Shown here in pieces: positions 29,731 to 38,556 of a stretch of 63,402 bases of DNA. The translations under genes and the position numbers were made by a program. The notes beneath the pieces were generated by a model that saw only the letters and a list, made by a program, of their open reading frames with translations, made no database searches and had not been told where the DNA came from. The stretch comes from Coriobacteriia bacterium (GTDB lineage Bacteria; Actinomycetota; Coriobacteriia; Anaerosomatales; PALSA-660), in the NCBI GenBank assembly GCA_025361505.1, contig JANYKZ010000052.1, forward strand, positions 1-63,402. The letters run 5' to 3'. Every line of letters begins with the position of its first letter. The stretch's first letter is position 1.

Positions 29731-29890
29731 CCACCCGTCTCACACCTGTCGTCTTCCACGGTCGCACAGCAGTCTCGCAACGCCCCGGCAACCGCGCAGC
29801 GCCCTGTGTTGGCCGGATCCGCCCAATCGCTACGATCGTTCCTAGAGCGCGATCGCGCTCACGGGGGTCGGCCATACGGGGGTACGGGCG

Positions 29891-30679
29891 ATGGAAGACG
29901 GGGGAGTCGCGGCCACGCACGCAGTGGAGGACGCGGGTCGCGGTGACGAGGGGCTGAGGAAGGCGCTGCGCAGTCTGCGGCGGTGGACGATCGCGCTCAC
30001 GGTCCTTGTCGCGATGGTGCTCGGTGTCGTGGGCGGCGTGGCCGGCGTGCAGGCATGGCAGGACTATCAGAACAGCCGGCCGGACGGCGACGTCGGGCCC
30101 AATCCCGCAATGATCAAGCCGCTCACCGACGGCATCGTGGGCATCTACGGCACCGACGCCCAGTTCGTGGACGTCTACCAGGTGGCGTTGACCTACGCGG
30201 ATCAGTCGTCTGCGCCGGACCGCCCCTTTGCGGTCAGCTTCCAGCTCGCCGGCCCGGGCGTCACGGTGTGCGGGCTGGTCGACAACGTGGCGGCGCTCGG
30301 CACGAGCGGGCTTGCCCCGACGTGGGGCGACATCGAGAGCCAGCTGAGCGTGAGCGAGTACAACAACCTCGCTACGACGTGGAAGGCCCTCAGCGCCAAG
30401 CCGATGGGCTTCGCCTACGCGTACACGTCAGGCGCCAGCAGCGATCAGTACTCGGCCGGCGACACGATCACGATCGACGGCAAGGAGTACCTTGTCGATC
30501 ACCTGTGGTGCGTGAACGAGGGATGGATCCCGCCCCGCGGTTCCGACGTGAGTTGGGACGCCGTCCCGGACGTGCGCGCCCTCGTGTTCCTTCGCGACGC
30601 CAAGACCGGGACCTTCACCTACATCGGCAGCGAGCCCGCGCCGGCGCCGGTCTACAGCTCCGCGGACGGAGCCTGCTGA
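29891..30679 (+). CDS. Hypothetical membrane-anchored extracytoplasmic protein
   Basis: 262-aa ORF with a single TM (WTIALTVLVAMVLGVVGGVAGV) and protein-like composition. No recognised domain. Confidence 0.55.
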   Translation: MEDGGVAATHAVEDAGRGDEGLRKALRSLRRWTIALTVLVAMVLGVVGGVAGVQAWQDYQNSRPDGDVGPNPAMIKPLTDGIVGIYGTDAQFVDVYQVALTYADQSSAPDRPFAVSFQLAGPGVTVCGLVDNVAALGTSGLAPTWGDIESQLSVSEYNNLATTWKALSAKPMGFAYAYTSGASSDQYSAGDTITIDGKEYLVDHLWCVNEGWIPPRGSDVSWDAVPDVRALVFLRDAKTGTFTYIGSEPAPAPVYSSADGAC

Positions 30680-30704
30680 CCGGCCGACGGCCCGTAGCAA
30701 CACA

Positions 30705-30732
30705 GAAGGGCGCCCCCGAGAGGGCGCCCTTC
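30705..30732. terminator. Bidirectional terminator hairpin between convergent genes
   Basis: GAAGGGCGCCC-CCGAGA-GGGCGCCCTTC (11-bp perfect stem). Confidence 0.65.
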
Positions 30733-30760
30733 GCGTGCCGGATGACGAGGATCGTTCGGA

Positions 30761-32263
30761 CTAGTCGCGGTGCCTCGAGTGCCGGACCACGTGGTGCTTC
30801 TTGTGGTGGTGAGGCTTGGCGTGGTGCTCGTCGCCGGTGCCGGGAGCGGGCGCCGGAGCCGGAGCGGTGATCGTGAAGGTCACCGTGTGGGCGACTTCCA
30901 CGTTGCCGGCCGCGTCGACCGACCAGAAGGCAAGCGTGTGCGAACCGACAGCGCCGACTGTGACGGACGTGCCCTCGACCTGGACTCCGCCGTCGAGCAC
31001 GTAGTACGTGTGCGCGACGCCGACGTTGTCGGTGGCGGAGAGATTGATCGTCGCGGTTCCGGCGTAGGAGGCCTTGGCGCTGGACGTGGTGACGGGCGCG
31101 GCGGTGTCAGCGACCGGCACCGGAGCCGTGATCTCGAATGTCACATTCGAGGCGGTCTCGATGTTGCCGGCGGCGTCGACCGACCAGAAGGACAGGGTGT
31201 GAGAGCCGAGGGCGGTGACAACGATCGTCGAGCCCTCGAGCTGCGTCCCACCGTCGAGCACGTAGTAGGTATGCGCGACGCCGACGTTGTCGGTGGCGCT
31301 GAGCTTGATACTGGCCGACGAGACGTAGGTCGCGACGGCGTTGGACGTGGTCACCGGCGCGATGACGTCGGGGATCGGCGCCGGAGCGGTGATGGTGAAC
31401 GTCGCGGTGTTGGCGACCTCGATGTTGCCCGCGGTATCGACAGACCAGAAGGCCAGCGAGTGCGAACCGAGGGCGGTCACTGTGACGGACGTACCTTCGA
31501 CCTGCATGCCGCCGTCCAGGCGGTAGTAGGTGTGGGTGACGCCGACGTTGTCGGTGGCGGTCAGCTTTATGGTCGCCGAAGAGACGTAGGTGGCCAGAGC
31601 ATCGGACGTGGTGACCGGAGCCACCGAGTCGACGGGAACGGGAGCGGTGATGGTGAACGTCGCGGTCTTGGCGACCTCGATGTTGCCCGCGGCGTCGACC
31701 GACCAGAAGGCCAGCGAGTGCGAACCGAGGGCGGTCACCGTGACGGACGTGCCCTCGACCTGAGTGCCGCCGTCGAGGCGGTAGTAGGTGTGGGTGACGC
31801 CGACGTTGTCGGTGGCGGTCAGCTTGATGATCGCCGAAGACACGTAGGTCGCGATCGCGTTGGACGTGGTGACCGGAGCGACGGTGTCCGCAGGCGGCGC
31901 GGGGGCGACGGGACTGATCGACGTTGAGCCGAGGCCGTCCGAGGTCGTCGGGCCCTTGACCGCGTAGACCGAGTAGGTCTTGCCGTCGGTGACGGAGAAC
32001 GTGCCGCTCGTGGCGGTGAACGTGAAGAGCTTGGTCGTGCCATCGAACACGGCGATCGCCGTGGCGGTCGGAGCGCTCACGCTGTACGCGGCGGTCCCTC
32101 CGACGTTCGACGTCTGGGTAGCCGTGACGGGCACCGTGGCGCCACTATGGCAGCCCACGCAGGGCGTGGTCTTGGTTGGGTAGGCCGACGCGCTGGTCGC
32201 GAACGCGGCTACTAGGCTGGCGGTCGCGATCACGAACGTTGAAGCCAGCAGGAACTTCTTCAA
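30761..32263 (-). CDS. Secreted surface protein: N-terminal CxxCH-containing beta domain, four tandem Ig-like repeats, His-rich C-terminal tail
   Basis: Within ORF 30761..32356. TTG 32263 follows GGAGGTG. Signal peptide LKKFLLASTFVIATASLVAAFATSASA. CVGCH is encoded at 32147-32161. Four ~87-aa repeats (APVTTS..ATYVSSA.IKL.ATDNVGV.HTYY.LDGG.Q.EG....V.ALGSH.L.FWSVDAAGN.E). Tail GDEHHAKPHHHKKHHVVRHSRHRD. Confidence 0.7.
   Translation of the reverse strand: MKKFLLASTFVIATASLVAAFATSASAYPTKTTPCVGCHSGATVPVTATQTSNVGGTAAYSVSAPTATAIAVFDGTTKLFTFTATSGTFSVTDGKTYSVYAVKGPTTSDGLGSTSISPVAPAPPADTVAPVTTSNAIATYVSSAIIKLTATDNVGVTHTYYRLDGGTQVEGTSVTVTALGSHSLAFWSVDAAGNIEVAKTATFTITAPVPVDSVAPVTTSDALATYVSSATIKLTATDNVGVTHTYYRLDGGMQVEGTSVTVTALGSHSLAFWSVDTAGNIEVANTATFTITAPAPIPDVIAPVTTSNAVATYVSSASIKLSATDNVGVAHTYYVLDGGTQLEGSTIVVTALGSHTLSFWSVDAAGNIETASNVTFEITAPVPVADTAAPVTTSSAKASYAGTATINLSATDNVGVAHTYYVLDGGVQVEGTSVTVGAVGSHTLAFWSVDAAGNVEVAHTVTFTITAPAPAPAPGTGDEHHAKPHHHKKHHVVRHSRHRD
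30860..31885 (-). repeat. Four in-frame tandem coding repeats (~261 nt period)
   Basis: Repeat units cover aa ~158-239, 245-325, 332-411 and 418-499 of the ORF. Units 1 and 2 are near-identical at protein level over ~60 aa. Confidence 0.8.
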
Positions 32264-32545
32264 TCTTGCACCTCCATTGTCGTTTCGGGGCCTCGGACGA
32301 TCCGGCTCGGCCGAATGCTCCGCGATTCGGGGGGCGAAATGCACCGTGCGTGCCACTCACTGCTAACTAAGACAACCCTCACCGCCATGCGTGACGAGCG
32401 GCCAAGAGCAGGCACGGGTGCATGAGAGCGGCGGCTGTCCCTCGTGTGACGGAGCGGCGCGACGCTCGCGTGCCATTCGGGGGTATACAGTGTCGATTCG
32501 CGATCCCCCGAGACTCGGTAGCTTCGCCTCCTGGGCGATCACGTG

Positions 32546-32581
32546 GAGAGGCCCCTCGCGCGGAAGCGCGGGGGGCCTCTC
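32546..32581 (-). terminator. Long GC hairpin downstream of the minus-strand gene (no clear U-tract)
   Basis: GAGAGGCCCCTCGCGC-GGAA-GCGCGGGGGCCTCTC (~16 bp including one G-U), 24 nt beyond the stop at 32605. Confidence 0.45.
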
Positions 32582-32604
32582 TGCACCTCGAGTGCGGCGG
32601 ACGG

Positions 32605-33825
32605 TCAGTACCGGAACACCGCCGCGGCGCCCTTGATCGGCGAGAGCTCGCCGCGGTAGGCGCGCACCTTGCCGCCGTGCTTCAGCGTCTCCGCCGCGGC
32701 TAGGTCGACGAGGTCCCAGCCGCAGTCGAACAGGTCGGGGTCAGTGGGCGTCTCGGCGGTGTCGCGCAGGTAGCGCGGCTCGAGCTCGCACAGGTGCGTC
32801 GTCTCGAACGTCGTGCGGTCGAACCAGCCCCACGGGCCGGCCGAGTCGTCCATCAGCAGTGTCTTGACGCGTCCCGAAGCGGCGGCGGCGACGATCTCGG
32901 CCGGGTCGTCCGACGCGCGCATCGAGGCCGCGAACTCCTGATACTCCTCGAGGTCGACGGCGCGCTTGGCCTCGAGGCGCGGGCCGATGGCGACGAGCAC
33001 CGCACGGTGGACGTCGGCGGGGGACAGGTAGTCGGTCGCGCCCAGAACCTGCTCCTTGGCGACGTGGGAGTACGCGCTCACCTCGCGGAAGTCCTGGACG
33101 AGGTAGTCGACTCCCAGCAGCACGAGCGGGTCGGCGCTCTCGGCGCCGATCCCCTTGACCACGCCGCGGGAGAGCTCCTGCATGAAGCGCTGCCGCTGCA
33201 TCTTATCGACGTCCTTGCTGCCGCCGTGGCCGTGGAACATCGCCGCGTTCGAGCCCGGCGAGACGCCCTCCGGCGTCGCCCCCGGAACGGTGTGGTACTG
33301 CAGCGATTCGTCTCCCTGGTCGTACTGCATGTCCTCGGCCATCGAGACGGGCGTGCCCTCGGGGAGCGGGACCTCCTCGATGTCGGTGCGGTCGAGCCGG
33401 AACAGCCGCGTCTTGTTCGAGTCGATGGCCAGCGCCCACACCCGGGTGTCGTCGGCCATCGCGCCGTAGAGCGGGCGCAGGTAGAAGCGGTCGCCGACGA
33501 CCATGACCTCGGGCGGGTCGGCGTCGAGCCAGAAGGTCTCCGTGCCCTCGGCGTCGGAGAAGATCGCCACCCCGTTCGGGCCGCCGCCCCACAGCGAGCC
33601 GTCGGCTGCGACTTGGATGGCGCCGGCGAGCAGGGCGTCGATGTCGCCCGCGCGCTCGCCATCGGCCACGAGGCGGTCGTGCGCGTCCTTGATGAGGTTG
33701 CGCAGCCGGATGCGGTCCGCGTCCGTCCGGATCCCGAGGTGGTCGGTGGGCAGGAAGATCGAGACGGACGGCCAGCGGCCGTGTCCGGCGAGTCTGAGGA
33801 TGGTGTCGCGATCGATCGCCTTCAT
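32605..33825 (-). CDS. Hypothetical protein, possibly a bacterial eRF1-like (baeRF) family member
   Basis: Within ORF 32605..33879. ATG 33825 lies 8 nt after GGAGG. From memory it resembles baeRF/host-attachment-like proteins: N-terminal WPSVSIFLPTDH...IRLRNLIKDA, central FHGHGGSKD loop, C-terminal GGKVRAY....PIKGAAAVFRY. Not verified by search. Confidence 0.45.
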   Translation of the reverse strand: MKAIDRDTILRLAGHGRWPSVSIFLPTDHLGIRTDADRIRLRNLIKDAHDRLVADGERAGDIDALLAGAIQVAADGSLWGGGPNGVAIFSDAEGTETFWLDADPPEVMVVGDRFYLRPLYGAMADDTRVWALAIDSNKTRLFRLDRTDIEEVPLPEGTPVSMAEDMQYDQGDESLQYHTVPGATPEGVSPGSNAAMFHGHGGSKDVDKMQRQRFMQELSRGVVKGIGAESADPLVLLGVDYLVQDFREVSAYSHVAKEQVLGATDYLSPADVHRAVLVAIGPRLEAKRAVDLEEYQEFAASMRASDDPAEIVAAAASGRVKTLLMDDSAGPWGWFDRTTFETTHLCELEPRYLRDTAETPTDPDLFDCGWDLVDLAAAETLKHGGKVRAYRGELSPIKGAAAVFRY

Positions 33826-33935
33826 GGGGTGGGCCTCCATCGACGTGGTCCGACGTGTCACTTCAGAGGTTTCCCCCATCGGGTACGGTAGAATCCATCC
33901 CGCACACCCGAGTCCGTACGAAAGGCCGCCTCAGC

Positions 33936-34946
33936 ATGGCCCGAAAGCGCATCCTCACCGGCTATCGTCCGACCGGCAAGCTCCACCTCGGACACTGGTT
34001 CGGCAACCTGCAGAACATGCTCGCCCTCCAGGAGGAGTACGACGCGTTCTACTTCGTCGCCGACTGGCACGCGATGACCACGATGTGGGCCGACACGCAC
34101 GAGATCCGCCGCTACACCGAGGAGCAGGTGCTCGACTGGATCGCGGCGGGGCTCGACCCGGAGAAGTGCACCATCTACCGGCAGTCCGACGTCCCCGAGG
34201 TCAGCGAGCTGGCGCTCTACTTCACGATGGTCACGCCGATGTCGTGGCTGGAGCGCGTACCCTCCTACAAGGAGCAGCGTGACCAGATCACCGACAAGGA
34301 CCTCGGCAACGTCGGCTTCTTCGAGTACCCGCTGCTGCAGGCCGCCGACATCACCATCGTCAACGCCGACCTCGTGCCGGTGGGCGAGGACCAGCTGCCG
34401 CACGTCGAACTGACGCGCGAGATCGTGCGCCGCTTCAACAACGTCTACGGCGGCGGCGCCGACGGCACCGGCTACATCCGCGAGCCGCAGGCGCTCATCG
34501 CCAAGACGGGCGCGCGCGTGCCGGGCACCGACGGCCGCAAGATGTCGAAGTCCTACGGCAACGCGATCTTCATCTCGGACGAGCCCGACGAGATCCGCGT
34601 CAAGGTCATGTCGATGATCACGGACCCGGCCCGCAAGCTGAAGACCGACCCGGGCGATCCCGACATCTGTCCGCTGCACCAGATCCACAAGCTCATCGGC
34701 TCTCCCGAGGCGATCGCCGAGTGGGACGGTTGCTGCCGGAGCGCCGAGTGCGGCTGCGTCGCGCACAAGAAGGCGCTGGCTCAGGAGCTGGCCGACTACC
34801 TCGGACCGTTCCGCGAGCGCCGCAAGGAGCTTGCCGCGCGTCCGGGCTACGCTTGGGAAGTGCTCAAGGCCGGCGCCGAGCGCGCCCGCCCGGTGACGAA
34901 CGAGGTCATCACGACCGTGCGTCGCCTGACGCACATCGAACCCTAA
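33936..34946 (+). CDS. trpS: Tryptophan--tRNA ligase
   Basis: Within ORF 33855..34946. GYRPTGKLHLGHWFG (HIGH-type), GEDQLPHVELTREI and KMSKS are present. Extra Cys cluster near the C-terminal domain. Confidence 0.9.
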   Translation: MARKRILTGYRPTGKLHLGHWFGNLQNMLALQEEYDAFYFVADWHAMTTMWADTHEIRRYTEEQVLDWIAAGLDPEKCTIYRQSDVPEVSELALYFTMVTPMSWLERVPSYKEQRDQITDKDLGNVGFFEYPLLQAADITIVNADLVPVGEDQLPHVELTREIVRRFNNVYGGGADGTGYIREPQALIAKTGARVPGTDGRKMSKSYGNAIFISDEPDEIRVKVMSMITDPARKLKTDPGDPDICPLHQIHKLIGSPEAIAEWDGCCRSAECGCVAHKKALAQELADYLGPFRERRKELAARPGYAWEVLKAGAERARPVTNEVITTVRRLTHIEP

Positions 34947-34970
34947 ACCACAGGGTCAGGGATATCCCGG

Positions 34971-35726
34971 ATGACCGCCTACAAGGTCAAGACCGACATC
35001 TTCGAGGGGCCGTTCGACCTGCTGCTGCACCTGGTAGGGCGGCAGAAGCTCGACGTCCGCGACATCCCGATCGCCGAGATCGCGGACGAGTTCTGCGCGC
35101 ACATCGAGCGGATGCAGGACCTCGACCTGGACGTCGCGAGCGACTTCCTGCTGGTGGCGGCCACGCTGCTTGAGATCAAGTCCGCGGCGCTCATCCCCAA
35201 CGAAGGCGACATGGACCTCGACGAGTTCGAGGACCTCTCGCCGGAGGAGGCGCGGGCGCTGCTCGTGGAGCGGCTGCTCGTCTACAAGCAGTTCAAGAGC
35301 GTGTCGGGCGAGCTGGCGATGCGCCTCGAGTCCGAGGGGCGCATGCACGCGCGCGCGGCGGGCATCGAGGAGCCGTTCCTCAAGCTCATGCCGGACTTCC
35401 TGGAGGGCGTGACGCTGCGCGGGCTGGCGGTGCTGTGCGCGGACCTTGTGCAGAAGCGCGAGATCTTCCTGCTGCAGGCCGAGCACGTCGCGTCGATGCC
35501 GGTGCCGCTGGAGCTCCACATGGAGTCGGTGCGCCGCAGCGTGCGCGGCGAGAAGGAAGTGCGGTTCTCGGAGCTGGTGGCCGCGGGCGCGTCGACCGAG
35601 ATCATCGTCGTGACGTTCCTGGCGGTGCTCGAGCTCTACAAGCGGGGAGTCGTGTCACTTCGCCAGGACGCGCTCTTCGGGGACATCGTGATCAGCGAGT
35701 GCGAAGGTGGGACGGACGATGAGTGA
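34971..35726 (+). CDS. scpA: Segregation and condensation protein A
   Basis: FEGPFDLLLHLVGRQKLDVRDIPIAEI is the typical ScpA N-terminus. 251 aa. Followed by scpB. Confidence 0.85.
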   Translation: MTAYKVKTDIFEGPFDLLLHLVGRQKLDVRDIPIAEIADEFCAHIERMQDLDLDVASDFLLVAATLLEIKSAALIPNEGDMDLDEFEDLSPEEARALLVERLLVYKQFKSVSGELAMRLESEGRMHARAAGIEEPFLKLMPDFLEGVTLRGLAVLCADLVQKREIFLLQAEHVASMPVPLELHMESVRRSVRGEKEVRFSELVAAGASTEIIVVTFLAVLELYKRGVVSLRQDALFGDIVISECEGGTDDE

Positions 35727-36327
35727 CACGCTGCGCGGCACCCTCGAGGCGCTGCTGTTCGTGACCGACGAGCCGATGCCGGTGGCGAGGGTGGCGACGC
35801 TGCTCGAGCTGCCGCAGGCCGACGTGTTGAAGGCGCTCGAGGAGCTGGCCGCCGAGTACGCGCGCGACGAGCGCGGCTTCCAGGTGCGCGAGGTCGCGGG
35901 CGGGTGGCGCATGTACTCGCACCCGGCGTACCACCCCGTGATCGAGAAGATGGTGCTGTCGTGGGACACGCGGCGCCTTTCGCAGGCAGCGCTCGAGGCG
36001 CTGGCGGTCATCGCGTACCACCAGCCCGTCACGCGCCAGGGCGTCAACGCGGTGCGCGGCGTGAACTCCGAGGCGGTCATCAGCTCGCTGGTGGAGAAGG
36101 GCCTCGTGCGCGAAGCCGGGCGCGACCGCGCGCAGGGCAACGCCGTGATCTACGGCACCACGCGCACGTTCCTGGAGAAGTTCGGCCTCAAGGACCTCGC
36201 GGAGCTGCCTCCTCTCGAGGAGTTCGCGCCGGACGCCGCCACCGAGACGGCGATCCGCGAGCGCCTCAACGCCATCGAGGGTCCGGAGGTCGAAGATGAC
36301 GACGAATCCATCGCAACAGTCGACTGA
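35719..36327 (+). CDS. scpB: Segregation and condensation protein B
   Basis: LEALLFVTDEPM..., AYHQPVTRQGVNAVRGVNS and GNAVIYGTTRTFLEKFGL are typical ScpB winged-helix repeats. Confidence 0.85.
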   Translation: MSDTLRGTLEALLFVTDEPMPVARVATLLELPQADVLKALEELAAEYARDERGFQVREVAGGWRMYSHPAYHPVIEKMVLSWDTRRLSQAALEALAVIAYHQPVTRQGVNAVRGVNSEAVISSLVEKGLVREAGRDRAQGNAVIYGTTRTFLEKFGLKDLAELPPLEEFAPDAATETAIRERLNAIEGPEVEDDDESIATVD

Positions 36328-37093
36328 CGGTCGGGACGCGGACGGCCGCATCTTCCCGATGCGGCTCCAGAAGTTCCTGGCGCGCGCGGGCGTGGCGTCG
36401 CGGCGCGGCAGTGAGGACATCATGACCGCGCAGCGGGTGACCGTGAATGGCGTGATCGTCACCGAGCTGGGCGCCAAGGTCGACCCGCAGATCGACGAGG
36501 TCGCGGTCGACGGCAAGGTCGTCAAGCTGGCCGACGAGCCTGCGTACTTCGCGTTCCACAAGCCGATCGAGGTCATGACGACGATGAGCGACCCGCAGGG
36601 ACGTCGCACGGTCGCCGAGTTCTTCCCGCCCGACGCGCCCGCGGGGCTCTTTCCCGTGGGCCGGCTCGACTACATCTCCGAGGGATTGCTGTTGTTCATG
36701 AGCGACGGCGAGCTCGCGCAGCTGCTGCTGCACCCGAAGCACCACGTGACCAAGACTTACTTGGCGACAGTGAAGGGCGTGCCGTCTCCGGCGACGCTCG
36801 CGCACCTGCGTCAGGGCGTGGAACTCGACGACGGCCTCACTGCGCCGGCGAGCGCGACGCTCGTGTCGAGCACGGGCGAGCGGGGGAGTGAGGGCGGTCG
36901 CGCGGTCGTCGAGCTGCGCATCAGCGAGGGCAAGAAGCGCCAGGTGCGCAGGATGTTGAGCGCGGTCGGCCACCCCGTGACGCGCCTCGTGCGCGTGGGC
37001 TTCGGCCCGGTGCAATTGGGAGACCTGCCGGTGGGCGCTGTCAGACCGCTGGAGAAGAATGAGATCGAAGCGCTGAAGTGGGCGGCGCGGTAG
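36296..37093 (+). CDS. rluB: Pseudouridine synthase (RsuA/RluB family)
   Basis: S4 domain (RLQKFLARAGVASRRGSE...VTVNG) and catalytic motif GRLDYISEGLLL. The start could also be ATG 36359. Confidence 0.8.
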   Translation: MTTNPSQQSTDGRDADGRIFPMRLQKFLARAGVASRRGSEDIMTAQRVTVNGVIVTELGAKVDPQIDEVAVDGKVVKLADEPAYFAFHKPIEVMTTMSDPQGRRTVAEFFPPDAPAGLFPVGRLDYISEGLLLFMSDGELAQLLLHPKHHVTKTYLATVKGVPSPATLAHLRQGVELDDGLTAPASATLVSSTGERGSEGGRAVVELRISEGKKRQVRRMLSAVGHPVTRLVRVGFGPVQLGDLPVGAVRPLEKNEIEALKWAAR

Positions 37094-37102
37094 AGGCTCA
37101 TC

Positions 37103-37123
37103 ACCCGAAGGTCGTCGGTTCGA
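37103..37123 (+). repeat. Left copy of a 21-nt direct repeat (tRNA T-arm-like)
   Basis: ACCCGAAGGTCGTCGGTTCGA, followed by TCCGGCCCCGCTACCA. It matches 38832-38852 at 20 of 21 nt. Confidence 0.5.
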
Positions 37124-37147
37124 TCCGGCCCCGCTACCAAGGAACGA

Positions 37148-37185
37148 AATCAGGCCAGATGCCGTTTCCGGTATCTGGCCTGATT
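37148..37185. terminator. Bidirectional terminator hairpin
   Basis: AATCAGGCCAGAT-GCCGTTTCCGGT-ATCTGGCCTGATT (13-bp perfect stem), between rluB (+) and the LRR gene (-). Confidence 0.7.
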
Positions 37186-37218
37186 GTGGTGCACGGCCGG
37201 AGTGGTGGCCGCTGAGTC

Positions 37219-38556
37219 CTACCTCACCGTCACCGACTTGGTGCTGCTCGTCGAACGCCGGTAGGTGGTCGGGCCACTCACGCCGCCGGCGTAGACGGCG
37301 ACCATGCGCCAACTGCCCCTGTACGCCAGCTTCACGCTGCAGCGGTACGCCCCGTTGACCACGGTGGCGCGGACGCTGCCGGCGCTCCTCCACGTGCGGC
37401 CGACCTTGCGCTTCATGGTGATGGTGACCCTGCCCGGGCCTCCCGGGGAGACCGTGCCGCTGAGCTTGAGCGTCGTGTTCCTCCTGACGCTCGAGCTGCC
37501 GGACAGGCGGGTGATCGTGCTCACCACGTTGGCTCCGAAGGTCGCGGAGATGGTGTGCGATCCCAGCACGTTGTTGAGCCGGTACGAGGCGATCGCGCCT
37601 TGCGAGACGCCGTCGAGCGTCACGTTGACGATGTGGTAGCCGGCGTCGGGAGTGATGGTGACGGTGGTGTTGAAGCCGGCAACCCCGGTGGCGGGTCCGG
37701 ACGCAGTGACGTGGCCGTGTACGCCGGCGACCGGGGTGATCGTGTAGACAGGCCACGGCGCGGTGGTGTAGCCGTTCCAGGTGCCCGGGACGGTACCCCA
37801 CGACGCGTTACCCGGGATCACGTAGATCGTGAGACCCGCGGGTGTCCCGGCGAACGCGTCAGTACCGATCGTCGGCGCATCACCCCGGAACCACGCAGCG
37901 TGGACGCCACTGCTCTTGAAGGCCTCCTGACCCACGTCACTCACGCTTGGGGGGATCGTGATGGTGCTGAGGCTGGTGCAGGACTGGAATGCGAAGGACC
38001 CGATCGAGGTGCACCTGCCGGGGATATCGACGGTGCTCAAGGCGCTGCAGTGATCGAACATGCCGCTCTGCAGGGTGGTGAGGCCGTCCGGGAGATCGAC
38101 CGACGTCAGGTGGCTGCAGTAGGCGAACACGCCGTCGCCAAGGGCCGTGATGGTGTTGGGGAAGGAGATCGACTTCAGGTTCGTGCAGTACATGAATGAG
38201 TTGAAGGCGACGTCGGTCACGCCCGCCGGGATGGTGACGGTCGTGATCTCCGTGCAGTTGAAGAAAGCGCCATGGTCGATGAAGGTCACCGGGTAGCCGC
38301 CGAGTGTCGACGGGATGTTCAGTGTCCCGGCGGCATCCGGATCGCACTTGTCGAGCCCGACGGTGTGGTCGGGGTAGACCGTGTAGGTGTAGGGCGCCGA
38401 GTAGTCCGCGAAGGCGGGCTGCGCGGACGCGAGCGCGAACACGGCTGTCAGCGCGAACGCGACAGCGACCACGATGACGCGCCCCGAGGCCCGCGATCGC
38501 GACCGCGCCTCGGTCTGGATCGAACCGGTCCCTGCCGCCGAGTGCGAAGATTCCAT
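37219..38556 (-). CDS. Secreted BspA-type leucine-rich-repeat surface protein with InlB-B-repeat-like and Ig-like C-terminal domains
   Basis: Within ORF 37219..38610. ATG 38556 follows GGGGGAG. Signal peptide VIVVAVAFALTAVFALASAQPAFA. LRR_5-like repeats (IPAGVTDVAFNSFMYCTNLKSISFPNTITALGDGVFAYCSHLTSVDLPDGLTTLQSGMFDHCSAL...). TPDAGYHIVNVTLDGV repeat, then a beta-rich tail. Confidence 0.75.
   Translation of the reverse strand: MESSHSAAGTGSIQTEARSRSRASGRVIVVAVAFALTAVFALASAQPAFADYSAPYTYTVYPDHTVGLDKCDPDAAGTLNIPSTLGGYPVTFIDHGAFFNCTEITTVTIPAGVTDVAFNSFMYCTNLKSISFPNTITALGDGVFAYCSHLTSVDLPDGLTTLQSGMFDHCSALSTVDIPGRCTSIGSFAFQSCTSLSTITIPPSVSDVGQEAFKSSGVHAAWFRGDAPTIGTDAFAGTPAGLTIYVIPGNASWGTVPGTWNGYTTAPWPVYTITPVAGVHGHVTASGPATGVAGFNTTVTITPDAGYHIVNVTLDGVSQGAIASYRLNNVLGSHTISATFGANVVSTITRLSGSSSVRRNTTLKLSGTVSPGGPGRVTITMKRKVGRTWRSAGSVRATVVNGAYRCSVKLAYRGSWRMVAVYAGGVSGPTTYRRSTSSTKSVTVR

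Noticed and set aside
30860-31885. Regular ~261-nt periodicity that could superficially suggest a repeat array or CRISPR.
   Set aside because: The repeats are in frame within a long ORF and encode Ig-like domains. There are no short direct repeats alternating with unique spacers. No cas genes are present.
33826-33935. T-box leader upstream of trpS.
   Set aside because: Only ~110 nt are available and they are shared with a divergent gene. No specifier-loop or T-box (AANNNGGGTGGTACCGCG-like) sequence is visible.
37069-37139. Possible tRNA gene (T-arm-like GGTTCGATCC, ...GCTACCA end, CAT anticodon-like loop) at the rluB 3' end. A similar segment lies at 38798-38868.
   Set aside because: No acceptable cloverleaf forms. 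The T-stem pairs only with a 6-nt loop, the anticodon stem has 2 of 5 pairs, the acceptor has 5 of 7 at best, and the length is ~68-71 nt. It is treated as a tRNA-like remnant or repeat, not a gene.
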